Below are positions 17,070 to 25,936 of a stretch of DNA of 64,000 bases, piece by piece (the stretch's first letter is position 1; every line of letters starts with the position of its first letter). The notes beneath the pieces were generated by a model. It was not told the origin of the DNA, did no database searches, and was given only the letters and a program-made list of their open reading frames with translations. The position numbers and the translations under genes are program-made. Source of the DNA: Candidatus Rokuibacteriota bacterium (GTDB lineage Bacteria > Methylomirabilota > Methylomirabilia > Rokubacteriales > CSP1-6); the NCBI GenBank assembly GCA_016188005.1, contig JACPIQ010000095.1, forward strand, positions 13,066 to 77,065. The letters run 5' to 3'.

Positions 17070-19052
17070 GTGCTGGTCATCGCCGCGCTCCTGCTTCTCG
17101 CCGCCGCCAGCCCGGCCGCCGCCGCGGATGGGCAGTCTGCCGGCGAACCGGTCCCGGATGCTTCGACGACCCCCCCCGCGCTCGCCGCCGTCATCGAGTT
17201 GCTGAAGCGGGGGGATGCCGTCGGGGCCCTCGCCGGAGCCCGGGAGTTCGTCAAGAGCCAGCCTGGCTCGGCGGTCGGGCACGAGGTGCACGGGATCGCT
17301 GCCACGGCGAGCCGGCTGCCGCGCGAGGCCTCGGGGGCCTTCTACGAGGCGCTGCGCCTGGAGCCGGGGCGGCTCGGCGTCATGGTGCGGCTCGGGCAGC
17401 TCGCGCTGGATTGGCGCGACCCGCAGCGGGCCGAGAGCTGGTTTCGCAAGGCGCTCGCGGCGAACGCCGATCTCCACACGGCGCGACGCGGCCTCGCGGT
17501 GACCCTGCTCACGCGGCGCCAGCTCGACGCGGCGCTCGCCGAGTTGCGCGAGGTACTGAGGCGCTCGGGCGGACGGGACGTGGAGGCCAAGCGCCTCATC
17601 GGGCAGGTTTACCACGACGCGGGCCGCCCCGCCGAGGCCGAGCCCATCCTCGACGAGGTGCTGGCGGCGAGGCCTGACTCCATGGCCACGATTCTGCTCC
17701 AGGGCCTGGTCAAGCTCGAGCTGGGAAAGGACGCCGAGGCCGAGCGGCTGTTCGAGAAGGTCGTCGAGCGCGATCCCAGGTCCCCCGGGGCGCGCCTGGG
17801 GCTGGCAATGATCCAGCGGTCGCGCGGAGATCTCGCCATGGCCGCGACAGAGATGGAGAGCATCGCCAGGGACAACCCCGCGTGGTCGCTGGCTCACTTC
17901 GAGCTCGGACGCACTCTCGCGGCTCAGCGCGAGCTGGGCGCGGCGCTCCGTGCCTTCGACCGCGCCGAGCAGACCAGCCCCGCCCCTGCCGTGACACGGG
18001 TCCGAGGCGCCCAGGCTCTCTTCGTCGCGGGAGAGGCAGACCGGGCTCTCCTCCGGGCGCGGGCCTCACTCGCCTCCCCGGGCGCGGCGCCCCTCGCCCG
18101 CGCGCTCATCACTCAGATCCACCTGGCGAAGGGGATGCCCGAGACCGCCGAGCGTGAGCTCGTGAAGGCCGCGGCCGTCGCCCCTCAGGACGTGACGGCG
18201 CTCCTGCAGCTGGCCCGCTTCTATCTCGGCCAGCGCCGGCCCGCCGACGCGGCGCGCCGGTTCGAGGAGGCCGCGCAGGCGCGGCCCAACGCCTCCGGGC
18301 CGCTCGCTGGCCTCGTTGACGCCTATATGGCGCTGGGCCAGACCGACCTGGTGCTGGCCACCGGGGAGCGGCTCCTGCGTGCCCAGGGGGAGACCGCTGG
18401 CGCCTACGTGGCCTTTGCCGCGATCAACGAGAAGGCTGGGCGGCCGGCGGAGGCCCTGGCCGCCTATGCGCGCGCCCTCGACAAGGAGCCCCACCACCTG
18501 GCCGCAGCCCGGGCCCGCGCCAGCCTGCTCGAGCGTCAGCAGCGGGTGGCCGAGGCCATTCAGCTCCTCGAGGAAACAGCCCGCGCACACCCGAAGCAGA
18601 CGCTGCTTCTCGTCGAGCTCGGGCGGATCCAGGAACGTGCGGGGAACCCCGCGGCTGCCGCGGCCGCCTACCGCCGCGCTCTCGAGAGCGCGCCCGCCAG
18701 CGCGGAGGTGATGAACAACCTGGCCTACCTCCTCAGTGCCGATCCGGTCAGCCGCGACGAGGCCCTGACGCTGGCCGAGCGGGCGCACGCGCTGGCACCC
18801 CGGAGCCCCGCAATCGCCGACACCCTCGGCTGGCTCCTGTACCAGAAGGGCGACCTGGGGCGGGCCGAGCCCCTCCTCGCGCAGGCTGTCCAGGCCGCGC
18901 CCGGCCTGCCAGCGATCCGCTACCACCTCGGTCTCGTCTATGCCCGCCAGGGCAAGACCGCCGAGGCCAGGCGGCAGCTCAGGGAGGCCCTCGAGGCCCC
19001 TGGCTTCACCGAGGCGGACGCGGCCAGGAAGGCGCTTGAGGCGCTGAAATAG
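17070..19052 (+). CDS. PrsT-like multi-TPR exported protein
   Basis: Signal peptide, many TPR units, C-terminal NNLAYLL..ADTLGWLLYQKG..IRYHLGLVY typical of PEP-CTERM-system TPR proteins. Confidence 0.85.
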   Translation: MLVIAALLLLAAASPAAAADGQSAGEPVPDASTTPPALAAVIELLKRGDAVGALAGAREFVKSQPGSAVGHEVHGIAATASRLPREASGAFYEALRLEPGRLGVMVRLGQLALDWRDPQRAESWFRKALAANADLHTARRGLAVTLLTRRQLDAALAELREVLRRSGGRDVEAKRLIGQVYHDAGRPAEAEPILDEVLAARPDSMATILLQGLVKLELGKDAEAERLFEKVVERDPRSPGARLGLAMIQRSRGDLAMAATEMESIARDNPAWSLAHFELGRTLAAQRELGAALRAFDRAEQTSPAPAVTRVRGAQALFVAGEADRALLRARASLASPGAAPLARALITQIHLAKGMPETAERELVKAAAVAPQDVTALLQLARFYLGQRRPADAARRFEEAAQARPNASGPLAGLVDAYMALGQTDLVLATGERLLRAQGETAGAYVAFAAINEKAGRPAEALAAYARALDKEPHHLAAARARASLLERQQRVAEAIQLLEETARAHPKQTLLLVELGRIQERAGNPAAAAAAYRRALESAPASAEVMNNLAYLLSADPVSRDEALTLAERAHALAPRSPAIADTLGWLLYQKGDLGRAEPLLAQAVQAAPGLPAIRYHLGLVYARQGKTAEARRQLREALEAPGFTEADAARKALEALK

Positions 19053-19192
19053 CGGGTCCCGGCCGAGTCTCCCGCCCGGCAGCCCAGCGTGCGCCCCGCG
19101 GCAAGGCGTAAGAAGGGTCGACACCCTCTGTTCTGACGACCTCTGGCCGGCATGGAGCAACCCGTGGAAAACATTGAGGCCCGGCACGAGCA

Positions 19193-19287
19193 AGTCGGGA
19201 AAGCTTACAGCCCCGCCCCGCGGCGGTGCCACGAAGGAGTGAAGATCTTGTATTTGAATGCGTTTCTTTAAGTGGCACGCCGGCTGC
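19193..19287 (+). promoter_or_regulatory. sigma54 promoter with upstream 17-bp box (PEP-CTERM gene 2)
   Basis: TGGCACGCCGGCTGC at 19273-19287. AGTCGGGAAAGCTTACA at 19193-19209. Inverted copy CGTAAGAAGGGTCGACA at 19107-19123. Confidence 0.8.
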
Positions 19288-19388
19288 AGTGCTTGCGCAC
19301 CAGCTGAATTGGAACGCTCCAACTAACTAGTGCGCCGGATGGTTTGGGCGGGCAGGCCGGACCCAGTCGAACTCGAAAGGAGCAGAGA

Positions 19389-20261
19389 ATGCGACGTGCC
19401 ACTCTCGGGGCAGTTCTGGCGACAACAGTTCTGACCGGGCTCTTCTGGTTCAGCCCGGCGTCAGCCGGAAACATCTGGTTGACAGGCCATGACGCGGATT
19501 TCCACTGCGCGTTCGGTGCTCAGTGCAATCACTTCGGCATCGCGCTAGACTTCGCGCGGCAGGATGCGCCGGACAAGACCAAGCCGCTCCTCTTCCTGGA
19601 CTCGGGGGGCGAGGTCGCCAGCGCAGCGGGATCGGCTGGCGCCAGGGCGAGGAACACCGTCGAAGGCGCAGGCTCTCCGTTCCCATTCGTCGTGGTTGAC
19701 CCCTCGACGCCCGCCTTCGCGGCCTTGGCGCTGACGACCGCGTCGTTCAGCGCCATCGTGATCGCGTCGGACTCAACCTGCGGCGGTTGCGACAACAACG
19801 CCGCGGACATCGCGGCGATCAACGCCAGGACGGCTGACATCACCGACTTCTTCAATGCCGGAGGCGGCTTGGTGTACTTCGCCGGGGCCGCCAACAGGGA
19901 CACCTACTACGACTCGGTGCCGATCCCCGCAGCGGCGGTTGCCGTGTCTCCGCCCTTCAGCCTGACGGCCGACGGGGTTGCGCTCGGCCTGCTGGATCCT
20001 GCGGACACCGACTGCTGCGCCACCCACAACAGCTTCTCGCTTCCTGGGGCCGGCAGTGCGCTCAAGGTGGCCGAGCTCGACTCGCTGGGCTTTGCTGAGA
20101 CCCTGTTCGCCGGCGACGTGACGATCGGCGGCGGCGGCTTCGAGCCCGGCTGCGGCACTGCAACGACTCCGCCCTGCTCAGTGCCTTCTCCCGCTGCGCT
20201 GCTGCTGCTTGGCCCGGCGATCGGCGCCTTTGGATACTGGGAATGGAGGCGCCGCAAGTAA
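19389..20261 (+). CDS. PEP-CTERM-like protein 2 (VPSP variant)
   Basis: Signal peptide, C-terminal VPSPAALLLLGPAIGAFGYWEWRRRK. AAGGAG upstream. Confidence 0.85.
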   Translation: MRRATLGAVLATTVLTGLFWFSPASAGNIWLTGHDADFHCAFGAQCNHFGIALDFARQDAPDKTKPLLFLDSGGEVASAAGSAGARARNTVEGAGSPFPFVVVDPSTPAFAALALTTASFSAIVIASDSTCGGCDNNAADIAAINARTADITDFFNAGGGLVYFAGAANRDTYYDSVPIPAAAVAVSPPFSLTADGVALGLLDPADTDCCATHNSFSLPGAGSALKVAELDSLGFAETLFAGDVTIGGGGFEPGCGTATTPPCSVPSPAALLLLGPAIGAFGYWEWRRRK

Positions 20262-20306
20262 GACGCCTTAGTCGTCAGGGCTGACGATCCGGATGCCGGA
20301 GCGCCT

Positions 20307-20336
20307 GAGCGCCGCGGGGTAACCCCCGCGGCGCTC
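20307..20336. terminator. 13-bp perfect GC hairpin after PEP-CTERM gene 2
   Basis: GAGCGCCGCGGGG-TAAC-CCCCGCGGCGCTC. No U-tract, so a terminator role is uncertain. Confidence 0.45.
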
Positions 20337-20741
20337 GCCCTGTCTGCCTGCTCGGCTCTGGCCTACGTCAACCTCCTGCCGGCCTCCTCCGGACCTCCTT
20401 CCAGGCGCCCAGACGCCGCCTTCCTCTGCAACCGTCGAGTGAGGCTCGGTCCTTGTCGGGCTTGCCCTGAGCGCCCCATAATCGCCCGCGACATCTCTCC
20501 CAGCGCCGTCACCCGGCCGAACCCGAGCAACGAAGCGCACTTGGCCGGAAGTTGGATCTCCGAAGCCTGAGGCGGAGCTGTCGGACCGGTTTACATCAGG
20601 CCGGGGCCTCAACTCAGATGCCGCGCCCGGGAATGAGTCAAACGGGTCAGGGAAGGTAGAGCCGGGGGCCCAGGACGCCGCCCGAGCGGTAGAGATGCCT
20701 GGCGATGAGCCCGTCGGGGATTACCCGAATCGGGCCGGACG

Positions 20742-20834
20742 CGGCACCCAGGTTTACAGCTGCAAAGGGCGTCATGCCTTCCCCCAGGCCAAACGGTTGA
20801 TGCGTCAGGCAATTATCTTCGGCACGATTTCTGC
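20742..20834 (+). promoter_or_regulatory. sigma54 promoter with upstream box and IHF-like site (PEP-CTERM gene 3)
   Basis: CGGCACGATTTCTGC at 20820-20834. CGGCACCCAGGTTTACA at 20742-20758. Distal TGTCGGACCGGTTTACA at 20579-20595. IHF-like CATCAACCGTTTG on the minus strand at 20790-20802. Confidence 0.78.
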
Positions 20835-20896
20835 TAGTGAAGCTTTGCACGAGAGTTCATTGCGAGTGCCCTATTAGTGGGCCAGAGGAGACAACC

Positions 20897-21988
20897 ATGA
20901 TTCGGAAGGCCGGAGCGTTGTGGCTATGCGTGGGGCTGGCTATGGTTCTCGTGGGCGGGTGGGCACCGCTCGCGGGCGCGGGAGGAGTGGTCACCAACGG
21001 CACCGTGACTCTTGGGATCAACGACCATGGGGCGTTGAACTTCGCTGGTACCGGGCTGATCTTCAACGCGACCGGCAACGACAGCACGTTCCCGGGTTGC
21101 ACCTGCGAAGGCTGGGGCGCGGGGATCGTGAGTTCCGGCATCTCGGGATATCAGAACACCGCCTTCGGGGGACCGGTCAACCTGTCTCTGGTGAGCTTCG
21201 TCTCGACCGCCAGCACGGCCACGTCGGTCGTGAACATTAACGACCCGTCAGGTGGCCCGGCGCTGCAGGTCAGCCAGGCCTACCATCCGATCGCCGGTAC
21301 GCCGAACCTGTACCAGGTCGATGTCGCGATCACGAACCTGACCGGCGCCCCTCTCGCCGCCGGAGACCTCGTCTACCGGCGGGTGATGGACTGGGACATC
21401 GAGCCGACGCCGTTCAGTGAATTCGTCACCATCCAGGGCGTGCCAGCGCTGCTGGGCGTCGCCAATGGCAACAACGTCCGGCGCACGGGCAATGACGGTT
21501 TCGACACCGCGAATCCGCTCGCCACGGTGTCCGGCGGTATGATTGGCGGCGGACCGGGGTGCGCGTCCGGCGTTCTCGCCCTGAACAGCAACTTCACCGA
21601 CTGCGGTCCTGCTGACCATGGCTCGGTCTGGGATTTCGAGTTCGAGGCGCTCGCAGCCGGGGCGACCCGTAGCTTCGCCATCTTCTACGGCGCGGCGGCG
21701 ACCGAGGCAGGGGCCGACCTCGCCCGTTCGATGGTCGACGGCGATCCCACGGACGTCGAGATCGGCCTGTTCTCGTACGGTCAGTGCAACAGCGGGTCCA
21801 ATGCCTCCTGCAGCGAGATCACGGGCACGCCCAACACCTTCATCTTCGGCTTCGGTGCAGCGGGCGGCATCCTGCTTCCGCCTCCGCCTCCGCCCACCCC
21901 GGGCGTGCCCGAACCCGCCTCGCTGCTTCTGCTCGGCGCGGGGCTGGTCGCCGCGGCGGCCCTGAAGCGGGCGTATCGCAGGAAGTAG
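20897..21988 (+). CDS. PEP-CTERM sorting-domain protein 3
   Basis: Signal peptide, beta-rich body (YRRVMDWDIEPT), poly-Pro linker, VPEPASLLLLGAGLVAAAALKRAYRRK. GAGGAG upstream. Confidence 0.92.
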   Translation: MIRKAGALWLCVGLAMVLVGGWAPLAGAGGVVTNGTVTLGINDHGALNFAGTGLIFNATGNDSTFPGCTCEGWGAGIVSSGISGYQNTAFGGPVNLSLVSFVSTASTATSVVNINDPSGGPALQVSQAYHPIAGTPNLYQVDVAITNLTGAPLAAGDLVYRRVMDWDIEPTPFSEFVTIQGVPALLGVANGNNVRRTGNDGFDTANPLATVSGGMIGGGPGCASGVLALNSNFTDCGPADHGSVWDFEFEALAAGATRSFAIFYGAAATEAGADLARSMVDGDPTDVEIGLFSYGQCNSGSNASCSEITGTPNTFIFGFGAAGGILLPPPPPPTPGVPEPASLLLLGAGLVAAAALKRAYRRK

Positions 21989-22060
21989 ACGCGCCAGACA
22001 CCTAGTTGCAACGCGGGGCCCTCTTCCCGTAACGTGGCAGGAAACGGGAAGGGGGCCCCG

Positions 22061-24112
22061 ATGGTTTCTGCGCTGATCCCGATCCGGTCCGCCGTTCTGC
22101 TGGTCGCTGTGTCGATGTGGCTGGTCGCCACCGTGCCCCACTCGCTCGCCGCGCCCATGGATATCGGCGCGTCGACCGACCCCAACCTCCGCATCGATCC
22201 GCGAGCGCCCGACAGGCCCGGCGCTGCGCCGTCCCCGAAGCTCGCCGCGGCGCTCCAGGCTTACAAGGGCGGCGATTTCGACAAGGCCCTGTCCCTGGCG
22301 CGAGAGCATGTCAAGGAGCAGCCGCGCTCGGCCGTGGGCCACGAGCTGCGCGGCGCTGCGGCCATGGCCAAGGGACAGCTCAAGGAGGCCGAGGAGGCGC
22401 TCAACGAGGCGCTCCGGATCGAGCCGAAGCGGGCCGCGACCCTGGCCATGCTCGGGGAGCTGTACTACCGGCGCAACGATCCGAGGAGAGCCGAGGACCA
22501 GCTTCGACAGGCGCTGACGATCGACTCGCGGTTGCCAGGCGGTCACCGCTTCCTCGCCCTTGTGCTGTTTCGGCAAGGCAAGGTCGGGCCGGCTGTGGAG
22601 GCCGCGCGAGAGGCGGTGCGGGTCTCGGGCGACGCCGACCCGGAGGCCCATTACGTCCTCGCGTCGATGTACTTCGAGCTGGGCCGGCCGGCCGAGGCCG
22701 AGCCGTTGCTGGCCCGCGCGCTGGCCGGACGCCCCGACTCGGCCCAGACGAACACGCTTCAGGGCTTGGTCAAGCTCCAGCTCCGGAAGATCGACGAGGC
22801 GGCGACATTCCTGCAGAAGGCGGCGGCCAAGGACCCGAGCTCGCCGTGGGTACGCCTGGGCATGGCCCTCGTCCAGCGCTCGCGGGGCAACATGGCGCAG
22901 GCCCGCAGCGACCTCGAGAAGCTGGCCAAGGACCAGCCGGCCTGGCCGCTCGTCAATCTCCAGCTCGGCGAGACGCTGCTGGCCGACAAGCAGGTGGAGG
23001 CGGCCCTGCGTGCCTTCGACGCCGCCGAGAAAGCCAGCCCGAACCGTTCACTGACCCAGTTTCAGGCGGCGCGCGTGCTGCTGGCCTACGGCGAGGCCGA
23101 CCGCGCCATCGCGCGGGCCCGGGGCGCCCTCGAGTCCAAGGAGGTGGCACCCGCGGCGCGCGTCGTGATCGCGCAAGCCTATCTGGCCAAGAAGAGCCCC
23201 GACCTGGCCGAGAAGGAGCTCCAGGTGGCGCTGGCGGCGGCGCCGAAGGACCCCGCGCCCGCGATGCAGCTCGGGAGCTTCTATGTCGGGCAGAAGAAGT
23301 ACGCCGAGGGGCTCCGCCAGTTCGAGAAGGCGGCGAGCCTGCGCCCTGAGGCCTTCGAGCCCCTGGCCGCCCAAGCCGAGACGCGGCTCCTCCTCAAGCA
23401 GGGGGACGAGGCAGTGAAGGTGGCCGAGCGGATGGTCGAGACGCAGAAGGAGGCGCCCGATGCCTACGTCTTCCTCGGTGGCATCCAGGAGCGCGCCGGG
23501 CGCTTCCAGGACGCCGCCAGGAGCTACCAGAAGGCCATGGAGAAGCAGCCGAACCACCTGGGCGCGGCGCTCTCGCTGGCGGCGCTGCACGAGCACGAGA
23601 AGCGCCCCCAGGCGGCCGCCAAGCTGCTCCGCGAGGCCGCCGACGGCCACCCGCAGGCGGCGCTGCCGCTCGTCCGCTTGGGGATCCTCAAGGACCGCGA
23701 GGGCGACAGGCCCGCAGCCGTTGCGGCGTACCGGGCGGCGCTCCAGCGAGACGGTCGCAACGCGGTGGCGCTGAACAACCTCGCCGACGCCCTCGCGAAG
23801 GACCCGAAGACGCGCGACGAGGCGCTGGGGCTCGCCGAGCGCGCCTATCAGGCCGCGCCCCGGAGCCCGGTGATCGCCGATACGCTCGGCTGGCTCCTCT
23901 TCCAGAAGGGGACCCTCGATCGGGCCGAGCAGCTCATCGCCCAGGCGGCTACCGCCCTGCCGGGAAACTCCGAGATCCGCTACCACATGGGTCTGGTCTA
24001 CGCCAAGCGCGGGAAGAAGGTCGAGGCCCGCCGGGAACTGGAGGAGGCACTCAAGTCCCCGTCCTTCCCCGAGGCGGCGGCGGCGCGGAAGGCGCTCGAT
24101 CAGCTCAGGTAG
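22061..24112 (+). CDS. PrsT-like multi-TPR exported protein (paralogue of 17070-19052)
   Basis: Signal peptide, TPR units, near-identical C-terminal block RDEAL.LAERA...APRSP.IADTLGWLL.QKG..AARKAL..L. Confidence 0.85.
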   Translation: MVSALIPIRSAVLLVAVSMWLVATVPHSLAAPMDIGASTDPNLRIDPRAPDRPGAAPSPKLAAALQAYKGGDFDKALSLAREHVKEQPRSAVGHELRGAAAMAKGQLKEAEEALNEALRIEPKRAATLAMLGELYYRRNDPRRAEDQLRQALTIDSRLPGGHRFLALVLFRQGKVGPAVEAAREAVRVSGDADPEAHYVLASMYFELGRPAEAEPLLARALAGRPDSAQTNTLQGLVKLQLRKIDEAATFLQKAAAKDPSSPWVRLGMALVQRSRGNMAQARSDLEKLAKDQPAWPLVNLQLGETLLADKQVEAALRAFDAAEKASPNRSLTQFQAARVLLAYGEADRAIARARGALESKEVAPAARVVIAQAYLAKKSPDLAEKELQVALAAAPKDPAPAMQLGSFYVGQKKYAEGLRQFEKAASLRPEAFEPLAAQAETRLLLKQGDEAVKVAERMVETQKEAPDAYVFLGGIQERAGRFQDAARSYQKAMEKQPNHLGAALSLAALHEHEKRPQAAAKLLREAADGHPQAALPLVRLGILKDREGDRPAAVAAYRAALQRDGRNAVALNNLADALAKDPKTRDEALGLAERAYQAAPRSPVIADTLGWLLFQKGTLDRAEQLIAQAATALPGNSEIRYHMGLVYAKRGKKVEARRELEEALKSPSFPEAAAARKALDQLR

Positions 24113-24127
24113 CCATCGCATCTCGCC

Positions 24128-25438
24128 ATGAAGGTCCATCTCACGACGCTCGGCTGCCCGAAGAACCAGGTGGACTCCGAGCTGATGCTCGGCATGCTGG
24201 CGGGCGCCGGCCACGAGATCACGGAGCGCGCCGAGGCGGCCGAGTGCCTCGTGGTCAACACCTGCGCGTTCATCGACCAGGCGCGCGAGGAGTCAGTCAA
24301 CACGATCCTCGAGCTGGCAGAGCTCAGGGAGCGCGGCCGGGCCCGGGCCCTCATCATCACCGGCTGCCTCACCCAGCGCTATGGCGGGGAGATCCTCACG
24401 GAGATCCCCCAGGTCAGCGCCATCCTCGGCACCTCCGAGCTCCACCGCATCGTCGAGCTGGTGAGCCAGGCCGGCTCGCGCCAGGACTGGGTATCGAGCG
24501 CCCCGCCCGGGTACCTCTACGACGCCACGACGCCCCGCCTCCTCACCAGGGGGGTGCCCTACGCCTACGTGAAGATCGCGGAAGGGTGCGACATGGGTTG
24601 CACCTTCTGCGCCATCCCCCAGTTCCGCGGCCGGCACCGGAGCCGCCCCATCGGCGACATCGTCGCCGAGATCGAGCAGCTGGCCGCGCGCGGCCTCCAG
24701 GAGGCCATCCTGGTCTCCCAGGACACGCTGGCCTATGGCCGTGACCTCCCGGGCGGGGGCGACATCGGTGACCTGCTGCTGGCCCTGTCCGACACGCCCA
24801 TGCCCTGGATCCGCCCCATGTACCTGCACCCGGCCCATGTCACCGACCGGCTCATCGCCCGGTGGGCCCGCGCGCGGGTCGTTCCCTATCTCGACATGCC
24901 GGTGCAGCACGCCGACGACGGGGTCCTCCGCGCCATGCGACGCGGGGTGACCGCCGCGCGCATGATGGACGTCCTGACCCGGTTCCGCGAGGCGATGCCT
25001 GGCGTGACCATCCGGACCACGGTGCTGGTGGGCTTCCCGGGGGAGACCGAGGCGGCCTTCGACCGCCTCCTGGCCTTCGTGGAGGACGCGGCCTTCGACA
25101 GGCTCGGCGTCTTCACCTACTCGGCGGAGGAGGGCACGCAGGCGGCCGGCCTGGGCGCGCAGGTCCCCGCCGAGGTGATGGCCGAGCGCGCGGCGCTCGT
25201 GCAGGAGGTGCAGGACCGGCTGGCCTGGGAGCGGCAGAAGGCGGTCTACGGCACGCGCCAGACGGTGCTCGTGGACGGACCCAGCGCGGACCCCGCCTTC
25301 CCCTTCGAGGGCCGCACGGCGGGGCAGGCGCCGGAGATCGACGGCGTGGTCTATCTGCGCGACGGGGCGCTCACGCCCGGCCGCTTCGCCGAGGTGCGGG
25401 TCGTGGAGGTGGAGGGTTACGAGCTCGTGGGTGAGTAG
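24128..25438 (+). CDS. rimO: Ribosomal protein S12 methylthiotransferase
   Basis: LGCPKNQVDSE, VNTCAFI, radical SAM motif GCDMGCTFCAIP, C-terminal TRAM domain APEIDG. Confidence 0.96.
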   Translation: MKVHLTTLGCPKNQVDSELMLGMLAGAGHEITERAEAAECLVVNTCAFIDQAREESVNTILELAELRERGRARALIITGCLTQRYGGEILTEIPQVSAILGTSELHRIVELVSQAGSRQDWVSSAPPGYLYDATTPRLLTRGVPYAYVKIAEGCDMGCTFCAIPQFRGRHRSRPIGDIVAEIEQLAARGLQEAILVSQDTLAYGRDLPGGGDIGDLLLALSDTPMPWIRPMYLHPAHVTDRLIARWARARVVPYLDMPVQHADDGVLRAMRRGVTAARMMDVLTRFREAMPGVTIRTTVLVGFPGETEAAFDRLLAFVEDAAFDRLGVFTYSAEEGTQAAGLGAQVPAEVMAERAALVQEVQDRLAWERQKAVYGTRQTVLVDGPSADPAFPFEGRTAGQAPEIDGVVYLRDGALTPGRFAEVRVVEVEGYELVGE

Positions 25439-25471
25439 GCCCCGCGTGCCCGGCCCGCGAGGGCAGTTCGC

Positions 25472-25936
25472 CTGAAGCCCGCCGATCGGGCGGCGCTCCT
25501 GATCGCCAGCGGCGTCGGCGCCGGCTATGCGCCCGTCGCCCCGGGCACCGTCGGCAGCGCGGTGACTGTCGGGGCGCTCTGGCTCATTCCCTTCACCCCG
25601 GCAGGCCTCGTCGCCGCGCTGGTCGGCGTCACCGCCGTCGGGCTCTGGGCCGCAGGGCGCGCGGAGCGACTCCTGGGCCACAAGGACCCCGGCGTCATCG
25701 TCATCGACGAGGTGGCGGGCATGATGCTCTCCGTCCTCTTCCTGCCGCGCACGCTTCCCGTCCTCCTCACGGCCTTTCTCCTCTTCCGCCTCTTCGACAT
25801 CTGGAAGCCCTTCCCCGCGCGCGAGAGCCAGGCCCTGAGCGGCGGGCTCGGCGTGATGGTGGACGACCTGGTCGCGGGGCTTTACGCCCTGATCCTCGTG
25901 ATGGGGGCCCGCGCGCTGTTCGGGGTGCCGCCGTGA
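25472..25936 (+). CDS. pgpA: Phosphatidylglycerophosphatase A (probable CTG start)
   Basis: GAGYAPVAPGTVGS, KDPGVIVIDEVAG, FRLFDIWKPFP, GVMVDDLVAG. The N-terminal motif lies upstream of the first GTG at 25562. Confidence 0.88.
   Translation: MKPADRAALLIASGVGAGYAPVAPGTVGSAVTVGALWLIPFTPAGLVAALVGVTAVGLWAAGRAERLLGHKDPGVIVIDEVAGMMLSVLFLPRTLPVLLTAFLLFRLFDIWKPFPARESQALSGGLGVMVDDLVAGLYALILVMGARALFGVPP

Noticed and set aside
20340-20580. Remnant gene (e.g. exosortase) between PEP-CTERM genes 2 and 3
   Set aside because: No frame gives recognisable motifs or multi-TM character.
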